The position numbers and the translations under genes are program-made. Below the pieces are notes generated by a model, which searched no databases, had not been told where the DNA came from, and was given only the letters and a program-made list of their open reading frames with translations. DNA of 63,356 bases, counting the filler, from Neolecta irregularis DAH-3 (lineage: Eukaryota): NCBI GenBank assembly GCA_001929475.1. It is 15 parts of 15 records of this genome, joined end to end, with 100 filler letters (N's around TTAATTAATTAA, not from the genome) between each part and the next. Parts side by side here need not be neighbours in the genome. Positions count along the whole stretch, not along the records: positions 50,353 to 57,837 come from LXFE01002130.1; positions 57,938 to 59,322 come from LXFE01002133.1; positions 59,423 to 62,203 come from LXFE01002155.1; positions 62,304 to 63,356 come from LXFE01002161.1; 11 more parts are not named here. The stretch is one strand, 5' to 3'. Shown one piece after another: positions 51,408 through 63,356 of the stretch (positions are counted from its first letter, which is position 1; each line of letters opens with the position of its first letter).

Positions 51408-54400
51408 TTAATGGCGGGACTTCGAGCCTGAGCTCATGCGCTTTTGGAGTTTAGGCATGGCGGAGGCAGCGGCACTGCTTAGTGTGCTGGTCGAGTGACT
51501 TGTTATAATCGTGTTGCGTTTTGATGAGGAAGAGGATGCCGCTGGGACAAAGGCGGGAGCCGCGGTAGTGGGAGGAGAAGACAGCGGGGCTTCTTGGGAT
51601 GCACGTTTTGCTAGGCGGGTAGCGAGATATGTGCATGCCGATGCATTAAGACCAGAGTACTCGCCGGTGGGAAGATCAGCATTATGTTGGAGGAGAAGTT
51701 CGGCGATGGGAAATGTTTCATCGTCATGGCGCAGGGCGTAGATTAGCAGGGGCACGCTATTGTATTCGATATTCGCGTCTGCGTGGCTGGCAAGAGCGGC
51801 ATAAGTCCGGTTAAGGTCGTTTGCTTGGATTGCATCAATCATGGTTGTGTTTGGGTTTGCGAGTTGGCGTATGTATAGCCTGTCGACGTACTTGTTTCGT
51901 ATAAACCTGTCTCGACCCTCCTTACTTGTCGTCGCGGAATGCCGCAAACTTGGTTCAAGAGTATGTTCCCACACCTGGCGGGAGACGGTGTTTCCTAGAC
52001 GCCGCAAAAGTTCAATGAGATCAGCGTTAAAGGATGTTGTGTCTAGTGTAAGACTCCGTGTTTTTGAAACATGTGTGCCGAGAGATCGATGCACACCGCT
52101 ACAATCTTTTTGTGAGATAGGGCTACTGCAGTACAAACTCTTACCAATGCACAAGACGATTCCAAGATTGATAGAACACCATTCAGTCCTGTTTGCGGAT
52201 CCGCAGTCGGCACAAATTGCGTTCAACTCATCCGCCTCCTTGATAATCGCCAATAGTCTTTGTCCGCCTTCAACATCAACAGAAACTCCCCGTGCATGGC
52301 CTTTGCTAGCCGTCACCCGGCGCTTAACCTGCGTACCCAGTACGATATTCGGCACTGCATCGTCATCTTCAGCAAGCGTTGATAAATCGAAATCAGTAAC
52401 ACTCGCAGTTCCATCGAGAACACCTTCAATTGCGTTCCGTATCGACTGAATCCACAAGGCCATATCTTCGGCACTCGTTGCTTGATACACCCGTTTCGAC
52501 TGCGGCGTAATTACTTCAAAGCAAAATCGGCGATCTGCATCTCGACATTCTCGCACAGATGCCATTTGTAAAGAAATCCGGTGGTGTAACTCTGGGGTGT
52601 GTTTCCAGTTACTATGCTCGCAAAGTTGACCTCCGGCTAAAGTGACCCAGTATCTAAACATGAGTATATGCAGAAAATCAAGGCGATATACTTGTGCCAA
52701 TTGAGTTTCTGGACAACTTTGGGATCAGTTTGGCCACCTTTGCTCAATGCCCATAATAGCCCTTCTTTTCGACGCGCCGTATTTGCCTTTTCGCCTGCAT
52801 TATCCTCTAAATCTCGAAACCCCTTGAATCTGTCCAGTCGATCAGACTGATCCGTGGGAGAAATCAAACTGTCGTCGAGATGATTTGGTTCATAAGACAT
52901 GGGACTAAACATTCCGCTAACATTCTCATCGTTAAATCCTCCAGCTTCAATCGCGCGTCTTCGTTCCTCGCGTTCCGTTCGTTGAAGACTAACTTCTTTA
53001 TCCGCCTCATATACAGCCTTCTTTAAAGCCTCCAGATTAGGACCGAGATCCTTCAAGTCTCGCGCATTGTTTAGAAAGTTCTCACTCTCGACAATTGCAT
53101 ATTGAAGGAGCGCATGTAATACCTCCTGCTCCTTTTTCCCTCCGTGTAAGTCTTGCATGTAACTGCAATAATCGAACCGTTTCAATTCAAAAGTACGGCG
53201 CTTTGAAATGTATTTTGTGTCTGATTTGACTTTGGCCTTGGCAGAATGAACGGAGAGATAGCGAGATAGAAATTGATAGTATTCCTTTGACTCTTCCTCG
53301 AATTCTTTCTTTTTCCCTTCAGCAGCTTTGATATCATTTTCATAGACTTTCCGAAGCGGTTCGATGATAACATTTTGTAATGTTGCTGCGTGGAGTTCCT
53401 GGATTTCATTAATTTTCTCAAAGGCAGTAGATAGATAGTGGTCTAAGACTGGCTGAATAGATCCCGTGCTTGAAGCAACGCCTCTAAGTGCCTGCATGAA
53501 TGCTATATTTGCTTCATTGGCAAGGAGTTGAGATTCAAAAGCTTGTGTAGCGCGTTTAATAAGTTTCTTGAGTTTCTGCTTCTGTTGACCTGTTTTCTTT
53601 TCCATGGCAGACATTGTTGATCTAAACACCGGACCATCTTCATGCTTAAGGATCTGGTTATCACCGTGGTTCGAAGATAGGGTTATTGTTCCGACCTGCG
53701 GCGGAGAACCGAGAAACGAAGGTGCTGGTACGTTTTCATAGACTGGCGTTTGGAGTTCAGGAGAATCAGGCCTTGTGGGATCAGATATTCGCGAATCATA
53801 CGATCGAGAGAGAATAGTGAGTTTTGGTGGGTGTGGTAACATTGGTGGATTAGACCAGCTCTCTCGAGGAATTTCATCTGAGATTAGAATGAGACATGCC
53901 ATTTACAATATCATACCATGAACCCAGTATGAAAACGAGAACAGCATAGGGAACTTATTTCCTTGTTTATCAAATTCAACAAACTAATAGCATTAGAATT
54001 CATCCCACCAATATCTTACGCAGCAAGTGTTTCTCCATCCATGATATTTCTCCTCCATCTCTCGAGGAGCCCTCCATTTCCACACATATTCAACATCCTT
54101 TTGGTCATGATAGTCTCCAATCAAAGTGACGTTGCGATGATTTTGCAGCTAGGCCGATCAGCAAAAAATATCGCCTAAAAGATTTACATTCTGATCCCAT
54201 CCAAAATCCACGCTTAGCATTCGATCAATATCTTTCCGGCTACTCGAGTTGATATGCGTCAGCCCATTCACGTTTCCAGGGATCTGCAAAGTGAACGTAA
54301 AATAAAGTTCCTCGTCGTATGGTATCCTCAAGATAAAATGACCGGCACTATCGGGATCCTGCCGCCATAAGCTCATCTCTCTCGCTCCGTCTCATACAGA

Positions 54401-54615
54401 AACAAACGGGACGAGTTCGTTTCCGCGTTCAGCGACGACCTTGGTGCCGTTTGATGTGATGTACGTGTGTGTAGCGTTGTCGGCTGTTGCGATACGAAGT
54501 TGCGATACCCAGACTGGACTGTTAGAATGTCAAATGGAGTGAAAAAAGTGCATCTTGACTTGTCCTTTTGAAAAATCAGCGCCGACTCATCTACCCGTGA
54601 TGATAAATTTCCCAT
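51408..54615 (-). CDS. csx2: BAR-PH-ArfGAP-ankyrin protein (Csx2/ACAP-like)
   Basis: MGNLSSR start; EDGPVFRS BAR; RKEGLLW...WHK|YWV and RRFCFEVITP PH; CADCG...EWCSINLGIVLCI|DCSGVHRSLG ArfGAP; ankyrin-like tail. Confidence 0.9.
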
Positions 54616-54731
54616 GGTGGTTGGGTGGTTGGTAGTGTTGATGCTGTGGAGCCCAAAGTAGCTTGTTTGAATTCCGGAGACCAACGTTTGCCTATTCAAC
54701 CCCTGTTTTTTTGTTGTGCACTAAAGAGAAT

Positions 54732-55628
54732 ATGTCGATTTATAGCGGCGACGATCGGCTGAGTGATCTGATTTATATAGATGAATCCACCAGACTGCCT
54801 TACGAATATGATAGTGATGCGGATCAGTCAATGAAGGTTTCATATATCGATTATACCAGGGATCCGGCTGAGCATTGCCAAAATATTTACCTTCGGGATA
54901 AATCAGGGAGCTCGGCCGGTTTAAACAATGAAAGGAGACCGAATAACATGGACTTAACAGCAAGAAACGATCAAAGGAGACTAATGCTACCTCCTGCTTT
55001 GTCGAATAAAGCAAATAGTAATTTCCAGCAATTAAATCAAGGCACTATGGATGAATATTCTGCTAATTCAGAAATAAATTCGGGAACGAAAGCGGAAGGC
55101 GTTTATTATCCCGGCCCAATACCTCGAGAACTGAATTTACCGCCTATTCTATCTACTAGGGACTCGGAAAGCATCACAAATCTCAATAGAACATCCATTT
55201 CTGCTCAAGATACACTCGATGATTTCTTGACTACAAACGTAGTCCCAGCTGCCGTTCAGACTCAAAAGATCCAAGAAGGTTCACTCTTGTCAATATCCCT
55301 TGCTCAAGCTTCTGCAAAGAAGTCTCTTATCTACGATGGGCAGAAACGACAGACGACTTTACTTCAAGAATACCATCAGCTACGTCCAACATCGCCCGAC
55401 AGGGGTTTGCCCTTTGATCAGCAGGCTCGACGTATGTCGCCTCAACGATCGCCCTGTAAAGAAGATGATGTCCCACTCGCGCTGCGATTTAAAAACGAAG
55501 ACAATGAAGTGCTCGCGCAGAGAAAGGAACGGCTGATGAGGCAAAAGGAAGATGTCCCTCTAGCATTTGTCAAATTGAGGTTAAACAAAGAAGAAATGGT
55601 TAACCAATGGAGAACCGGAGTTGATTGA
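54732..55628 (+). CDS. Hypothetical intronless protein (about 298 aa)
   Basis: Long ORF with repeated (D/E)DVPLA motifs and C-terminal VNQWRTGV. Confidence 0.65.
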   Translation: MSIYSGDDRLSDLIYIDESTRLPYEYDSDADQSMKVSYIDYTRDPAEHCQNIYLRDKSGSSAGLNNERRPNNMDLTARNDQRRLMLPPALSNKANSNFQQLNQGTMDEYSANSEINSGTKAEGVYYPGPIPRELNLPPILSTRDSESITNLNRTSISAQDTLDDFLTTNVVPAAVQTQKIQEGSLLSISLAQASAKKSLIYDGQKRQTTLLQEYHQLRPTSPDRGLPFDQQARRMSPQRSPCKEDDVPLALRFKNEDNEVLAQRKERLMRQKEDVPLAFVKLRLNKEEMVNQWRTGVD

Positions 55629-56083
55629 GTCTTGTTGCTTCGTTTGGGAAGGAGTTCTTTGTTCATTTGATTCTTGTAATGTATAATGTCGACTACTGCT
55701 TCTAAGCGAATAGTTTTTTATTAATTAATGGGTTGTCGCAATTGATGATGTCTTGCTAAAGAGACTTCTGTTCGGACGAGTACCAGAAAATGATACTCTA
55801 GTACCCATAAATTGTCTGAATATCATGATGAACCTTTTGACATAAAGTAACCATTAAGAGCATGTTTCATATACTTTTTTCCCATTGTATTTCATGGATT
55901 CCAAGAAGGAGAAGCAATGCAAAAAAAAGATGTTATCCTTGTAGGTATTTGTGCTCCGGTGTCCCCTACGGGTATTGAGCTAATTATGCCATGATGAATT
56001 AAGGGTCATTCGTGACTTCGTTTATCGGTCCACCAAAACTGGGCAGTCGCGGTCTCACCTCCAGATTATAATCGGCCAGCAAA

Positions 56084-56782
<699 letters not shown>

Positions 56783-56970
56783 ATATATCTCAATGCATTG
56801 TCTTGCTTCAACATTTCGAGGTCTTGATTGATGATTGAAAAAAAGTATATATTTCAACCTCCATAAATCTATGGATCACCATCTCGTGTCATCTCTTGCC
56901 ATTTTGACAAAGATAAGCGAACTTGTTGAACGAGGAAGCCTGGATAGAGGTAAAGGGGGGTTAGTCTAGC

Positions 56971-57133
56971 CATTGTGTCCAACCGCCGTCCGTCCGTCGG
57001 AGAGTTGTCCGGCAGCGGCCCGCCGGCGGGCCGTCGGGCAGATTACTAAGCCAACACCCGTCGAAGAGATACGAACCGCCCGCCCGGAGAGTGCTCTGTC
57101 GGCTGTTGAGCTGTTGGACGGGTTGCATACAAG
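56971..57133. mobile_element. GC-rich MITE-like relic (CATTGTGTCC start)
   Basis: Start resembles the CAGTGTGTCC ends of other elements in the window. CCGCC/CCGTC repeats and an imperfect inverted end. Confidence 0.45.
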
Positions 57134-57773
57134 GAACAAATATCCAAAAATGTCAGCCGAATGTGAAAAACTGAAAATTCTGCCAACTTCTATCTCAATG
57201 AAGAATTCTGAGAATAGATCGAAGATGGCATTCGAAACTGAAACAGCTCAGTATTCACTCCTACATCATTATATTGTTTTCCTCCACTATTCATTATCTC
57301 TGTTTCAGAAACTACTTGCTAATTCATTAGACTATATGTTCGTGGATGGGGGCTTGGTCGGTCTGGTCCAGTCGGTTAGGAACCCTGTTGCCAACACTGG
57401 AGGCGAGCAAGATTGGAGTGCGAGGCGGGCGACTCGCCAGGTGCGTGAGACGGGCGGGCGAGATGGGAGAGACGGGCGCGAGGTGGGAGACGGGCGTGCG
57501 GCGCGAGACGAGCGGCGCATTGCTCGTCGCTGGAGTTCTTTGTGTATGCGCTGCCGAGGCTTGCATGGCCGCACCTGCTGCAGGCGGTGGCGTTGGGAGC
57601 AGCGGTAGGCGGCGGCAGCGATTGCGGGCGCGGAGCTGGGCGTGGTGCTGCTGCTCACCGCCCGCTGCCCGCGAACCCGTGGCTGTACTCTTCGGCGGCA
57701 GCCAGGCGCAGCGTCGCCTTTGCGGTTGCAGATGCGCTACTCGCGCTGGCCATTCACTGCTGCTCGAGACGGG

Positions 57774-57837
57774 CGGGAGAGGCGGGAGAGGCGGGAGAGG
57801 CGGGAGAGGCGGGAGAGGCGGGAGAGGCGGGAGAGGC
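57774..57837. repeat. (GGGAGAGGC)n microsatellite running into a gap
   Basis: About 7 perfect 9-nt units. Confidence 0.9.
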
Positions 57838-57937
57838 NNNNNNNNNNNNNNNNNNNNNNNNNNNNNNNNNNNNNNNNNNNNTTAATTAATTAANNNNNNN
57901 NNNNNNNNNNNNNNNNNNNNNNNNNNNNNNNNNNNNN

Positions 57938-59322
57938 ACGACTTTGAAGTCTGGAACGCCCAGTATCCCTGCCGCGTCGCCCAGATCGCAGATCCCCTTC
58001 CCTACCCGCCCTTTGACACAACATCCGCCATCTGGGTCGGCGATCCTCCCGCCCTCAGTGCAATGCTCGCCCAACTCAAAACCTGCTCCGAAATCGCGGT
58101 CGATCTCGAACACCACGACTACAGATCCTTTGCCGGCTTCGTGTGTCTCATGCAAATAAGCTCCCGCGACCAGGATTGGATAGTAGACACTCTCCTGCTG
58201 CGCCAGGAACTGCAATCCCTCAACGCAGTCTTTGCCGACCCCGCCATCCTCAAAGTCTTCCATGGCGCCCGAATGGACATCCTCTGGCTTCAGCGCGATT
58301 TCAGCCTCTACATCGTCAGCCTGTTTGACACCTTTCACGCAGCAAAGTCCCTCCACTTATCAAGCCGCTCCTTGGCCTTTTTGCTAAAACGCTACGCCGA
58401 CTTTGACGCCGATAAAAAATATCAGCTCGCAGACTGGAGAATCCGTCCCCTCCCTCAAGAAATGCTCGCGTATGCGCGGTCCGATACCCATTTTCTGCTC
58501 TTCGTCTACGATAACCTGCGCAACCAACTCGTGCAGAATGACCGCCTGCAACACGTCCTCACCGCCTCCCGTGCCGTCGCCGCACAATCCTACCAGCGCC
58601 CCGCCTACGACCCAGACGGCTGGAAATCCCTCTACGCCAAATACGGTTCTGCAAAACTCCTCTCAAACACCCAAATAGCTGCCTTCACCGCCCTGCATCA
58701 ATGGAGAGACCGCATCGCCCGGCACCTCGACGAAAGCCTGCGTTACGTTCTTCCAACCCATTTGATGGTATCAATTGCTGCCGCATTGCCAAAAGACCTG
58801 CCCCAGCTTTACGCTTGTACCCTACCCCCTGTTGCCAAGGACTATGCAAACGATATCCTTCAATTGGTATCCGCTCATCACTCGGACTCTTACCACTCGG
58901 ACTCTCTTCACTCGGACTCTCTTCACTCGGACTCTCATCACTCGGACTCTCATCACTCGGACTCTCACTCAAGACCGGACTCTCATCACTCGGACTCTCA
59001 CTCAAGACCGGAATTACTTGCAAGCATATCAAGCTTTTGGACATCTTTACACCAGAATGAACCCAACCATAATCTTTTGAAACAACTCGGCTCACAGTTA
59101 CGAGTCGCCGTGCCTCTTCCTTGCTCTCCAAAAGTCGAGGCTGCAGCCCTCGCTGTACACCCTTTCAAGCCAACTCCCGACGACATTATCATTCCTCGTA
59201 CTGGAAAGAAGCGATCTCTTCAAATATTGCCCTATGAAAATCTACAACCCGTTCACACAAGAAAGAAAAAGAAACACCGCCTCGAAGAAACATCATCCCT
59301 TGACCCGCATAAAAAACTGCCT
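57938..59322 (+). CDS. RRP6: Nuclear exosome exonuclease Rrp6 (partial at both ends)
   Basis: IAVDLEHHDYRSF, CLMQISSR, KVFHGA, QLADWRIRPLP, YARSDTH and HRDC WRDRIARHLDES. Confidence 0.96.
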
Positions 59323-59422
59323 NNNNNNNNNNNNNNNNNNNNNNNNNNNNNNNNNNNNNNNNNNNNTTAATTAATTAANNNNNNNNNNNNNNNNNNNNNN
59401 NNNNNNNNNNNNNNNNNNNNNN

Positions 59423-61462
59423 CCAGCCACTCGGCCCGCGGCATGCACTGGCTGCGCGCCCACCTCGCTGCTGCGGGCAAAACCCCCGACGGCCTCGCTG
59501 CCGCCCTGCGCGCCATGGACGCTACTGCTGTTGCTGAGGTGCGTCCCTGTGCCTGCGCCGGTTAGTTGGCCCTGCCTGGGTTCCCGCCCCCGGGTTAACC
59601 CTAGGGTTGGCCCTAGTTGACCCAGGTGGGTTGACTAACCCAACGGCCAGGAGCGTTCCGGCCACGCTAACCCGCCCAGCTCTGCGACGACCAGTTCGAG
59701 GAACACATCCTCGCATACCCGCCGCACCGCAGCGGCCTCTATCTGCACGGCATCAACAGAAACACCCCCCAGTTCGTCACCTACCCCTTTGCCCGCGTCT
59801 GCGCCTTCGCCCGCGAGTGGGGCTTCCGCCAGACGCCCTGCCTCGAGAAGCACGACGTCCCCGCCCTCCGGTCCCTGCTCGCCGACGCCGCAACGACAGG
59901 CTCCTGGGCCGGCACGCCCACTGAGGGCTTCGTCGTCCGCTGCCAGGCCAGAGACGATCTGACCGCCGACGACCAGTGGTACGACTACTTCTTCAAGTAC
60001 AAGTTTGACGAGCCCTATCTCATGTATCGCCAGTGGCGCGAGCTCACCAAAGACATCATCGCAAACCGCGTCCTCAGAAATATGCACAAAAAGAACGCAA
60101 TCACTCGCTCCTATGTCCGCTGGGCCAGAAAAACACTCGCCGCCAGCCCCCCCGACGTCGCCAGCCAGTACCTGCGCAACCACGGCATCATTGCCCTGCG
60201 CGAAGAGTTTCTCAAACAATATGCTCCCAAGCCAACAGACTCGGACAGTTCCGTGGCCACGGAAATTACCACAGACACCCCCCTCGTACTCGTACCCGTT
60301 GCGACTGTAGGGTGCGGAAAAACATCAGTCGCCCTGGCCCTGGCAAGACTCTTTGGCTGGGCACATGTTCAGAATGACGACAACACCCGCAGAAAGGGAG
60401 CCGCTAAACATTTTGCCTCGTTAATTTCCGAGCAACTAGACACAACAAACATTTGTATCGCAGATCGGCACGTTGCTCCTAGAGTTTGCTAATTCTAGAA
60501 ATAACCACCTCGCCTCACTTCGACAAACATTGATAGACGATATCAGCCGCCACAAGCCCGATGCACGTTTTATTGCCCTGCACTGGGTCCACGACAACTC
60601 TGCAATCAAGAAAATTTACAAAACTACCCTGCATCGCGTACTCGCTAGAGGCGACAATCACCAATCAATCCAAGCAAGTGACGGAATTAAGCAAGTCTTG
60701 GGAATCATGGATGGTTTTCTTCATTCATTTCAACCCTGCAACGACGACCAATCGCCAGACGACAATTTCGATTTTGTAATAGATCTCCATCCACTCAAAT
60801 CATCCCGCGAGAACCTCGAGACGGTAATCACCACATTACGTCAACATTTCCCCGCAATCGTCCCCGAGATCCCTCCTCCTCAAGATCTAGATGATGCAAT
60901 CAAATTTGCCTTGGAAGAATATCACCCACAAATCAGAAAGAACGTACGTGATAAACTATTGTATTTCGCAGGTGTACTGGATCATAATATGGTTGATATC
61001 CTCGAATCAATCTATGCCAAACACCCCGAATCAAATCGAGAGTTTTTCGATTTCCTCCGCGCTAATCAAGGCTTCAAGGCCGAATTTCACGTTACCCTCG
61101 CTCACTTATGCGACAAGGCAACTCACCCACAGATATGGCAACACTATAAAAAACTCTTGTCATCAGAAATAACCACAGAAATAGAATTACAACTGCAAGA
61201 AATAGTCTGGAATGACCGGATAATGTGCGTACCCGTAACCCTTGTGCAGAAAGACGACGATAGAGTAGAATGTACCCATGAATACCCTCATATAACAATT
61301 GGCCTCGCTAATGATACGGTAAAACCAGTTGAAGCGTTGCAAATGCTACAAAAGAGGGCCACAGGCGAATTAGACGACATACACTCGATCACTATCCACC
61401 AAGATATAAAATTAAATGCACATGTCCGTGGAATTACTTACAAAAAAGGGCCGCAGGCTTAG
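59423..61462 (+). CDS. TRL1: Fungal tRNA ligase Trl1 (5'-truncated)
   Basis: AE|LCDDQFEEHIL, EGFVVRC and FFKYKFDEPYLMYRQWRE (ligase); VATVGCGKT and ADR|NNH (kinase); FHVTL and PHITIG (CPD). Confidence 0.96.
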
Positions 61463-61861
61463 ATCAGATACACTCCTATCCACGAAGCAAAAATTAGATG
61501 TATATGTACATGGAATTACTTACAAGAGGGCCGCAGGCGAATAGATCGGATATACCCCTATCCACCAAGCAAAACAAGATATACAAGGAATTTATAGAAT
61601 CTATGATTCTCGATACGATAACCCCGACTTGCCATGTGATTATTTTTGATGTTTCTGCAATTATCGATCATGAAAAGTTCCGAAACTTCCATGGATTGTT
61701 TCAATTGATCGTATGTTTCTCAAGAGGTACTCCGCTTCCGTGGATTGTTTTCTCAATTGATCGTATGTCGCTTGCATGGATTGTTTTCTCAATTGATTGT
61801 ATGTTTCTCAAGAGTGACTCCGCTTTCATTGTTTGTCTCAATTGATCGTGCTTCTCAAGAG

Positions 61862-62203
61862 TTACTCCGAAACTTGCCATGTGATTATTTTCTTGTCTGT
61901 AATTCTTAATATCGTACAATGATTCTCACCACCACGAGTAGACACTTTAACTAAATTTTCGTCAAATGAATGAACGACCAAAGATGACCAAGATTCAACC
62001 GTACTATATCATCACAAATGAATTTTGAAGAATCACGATACCATAATACATTCCAAATCTTTTCGACAAAATGGCTAGACATCAAACCCTTGCAAGTAAT
62101 TCTCGTCAAGTAAGATGGATGCTCTGATTTTGAATGCAGTGAATAAGTCGAAATATACGGATCCACACAATCATCACTCTTAATCCTTTTTGTTAATTAT
62201 CCA
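61862..62203 (-). CDS. RPP40: RNase P/MRP subunit p40, 3' part
   Basis: KGLMSSHFVEKIW, then after a GT-AG intron WSSLVVHSFDEN...GGENHCTILR...ITWQV*, resembling the Rpp40 C-terminus. Confidence 0.65.
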
Positions 62204-62303
62204 NNNNNNNNNNNNNNNNNNNNNNNNNNNNNNNNNNNNNNNNNNNNTTAATTAATTAANNNNNNNNNNNNNNNNNNNNNNNNNNNNNNNNNNNNNNNNN
62301 NNN

Positions 62304-63356
62304 TCGGATCATGAAGCTATACGCTGGCTCAAGCCCATTTGCTTTTCGTTCTTCTCGGAGATCTCGGTCATCTTGTTGGTAAATTCCATGAAACTTCGTA
62401 AGCTGCGTGTCGGATTCCGCAATTGCACCGGTACTGTCATCTTCTAGACCCTGTGCGATCGTTCCTCGAAGAAAATTGCTTCGATCCTTAATATCTTCAT
62501 TCGTGACTTGTGCCGGTTCCTCGACTTCTAAAACAGCAACATTATGGACATCGAGAGCTTTCCATAACTCCTGCTCCCATGTTTGATACCGAGTTTCATA
62601 TCCGTCTGCGTCCTGATCATCTCCAAGTCCAACTCCAATAAGTCTCTTCGCCCCGAGTTTCCCCAGACGAGAATCTAGATCAAGAGCAGGTTTATTATAA
62701 TACATTTTATCTTCCTTCCGTGGCCAGTAGTGACTATCGCCCAGACCAAAGACAGAAAACGAAACATTTGTTACATCAATAACGGTGTTCTTCAAAGTCG
62801 ACCATAGCATCCTCGCATTTTGAGGAAACTCGCCTTGTCCAGCAACCGCAGAGATGAAAATGACAATACTGGCAGCAGTAAGTTCTTCAATTGGATAGTC
62901 ATCCATCGCCATAACAATAGGCTTTAACCCTCGTGCCTTTGCACGTCGAGATAATCGCTTAGACAAAGCTTCCGCATTACCACCATCAGATCCATACAAA
63001 ATAGTCACGCTAGGGCCGGAAAGTCTTTCAACTAACCTTTCATACGCCTCTTTCGCTCTTTTACTTTGAAGTTTCTGTGTTTCAGATTCAAGACTAGATC
63101 CAAGAACAGGCTCATAAGCCGGTTTCCGATTAACCAATCCGGTCAAAATGTTCTCGCGATCCAAGAATTCAGAGAGTTCTCGTTTAATCCGCTCTGAGAA
63201 GAGTTCGAAGTGGCCATTTTTCCAAGTATACAATGGCCAATAGCCCTCATCGATAGCCCGTTTAGTTTCTTGAAGAACAGTGATAGGGCTATCGTTTTCT
63301 TCGAGATAAGGCAGATACGCAAGGACGACAGCTGGTCCTGGATATTCGTCTGCTTC
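62304..63356 (-). CDS. MET5: Sulfite reductase beta (hemoprotein) subunit, internal fragment
   Basis: Flavodoxin [45 protein letters not shown] and [13 protein letters not shown]. Confidence 0.95.

Noticed and set aside
56973-57893. Overlapping ORFs downstream of RPL11
   Set aside because: GC-rich, low-complexity and MITE-derived; no protein motif recognised.
61680-61870. Spaced repeats resembling a CRISPR array
   Set aside because: Degenerate, irregular units in a eukaryote with no cas genes; local tandem duplication.

Overview
This is eukaryotic DNA from a compact, intron-rich ascomycete fungus. Gene content and the very short introns suggest a Taphrinomycotina, Neolecta-like genome, but that placement is inference. 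The window is a pseudo-scaffold: 14 artificial 100-nt N-TTAATTAATTAA-N linkers and two 10-N gaps join short contigs, so adjacency across linkers is unproven. About 30 mostly spliced genes are recognisable, including a Trf4-like poly(A) polymerase, WBP11, a CREG-like protein, TYW3, RQT4, Ydc2, elongin A, PRE2, ATG22, CENP-O, RBM26, ANP1, a GH12 glucanase, DJ-1, an ArfGAP, RPL11, RRP6, TRL1, RPP40 and MET5. There are also many CAGTG-ended hAT-like transposon relics and an accessory block (about 36.3-47.3 kb) carrying small secreted proteins. Four signals stand out. (1) Splicing looks unusually relaxed: introns are mostly 31-45 nt, with at least 7 inferred GC-AG and 2 inferred GA-AG introns plus AAG/GAG acceptors. 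(2) An oversized TRL1 intron folds into a G·U-rich hairpin. (3) A 1.96-kb contig with identical 35-nt ends carries a secreted-protein gene. (4) GC-rich islands show a G-to-C skew flip. All exon/intron boundaries were inferred by eye from reading frame and remembered protein motifs; no database search or RNA data were available.
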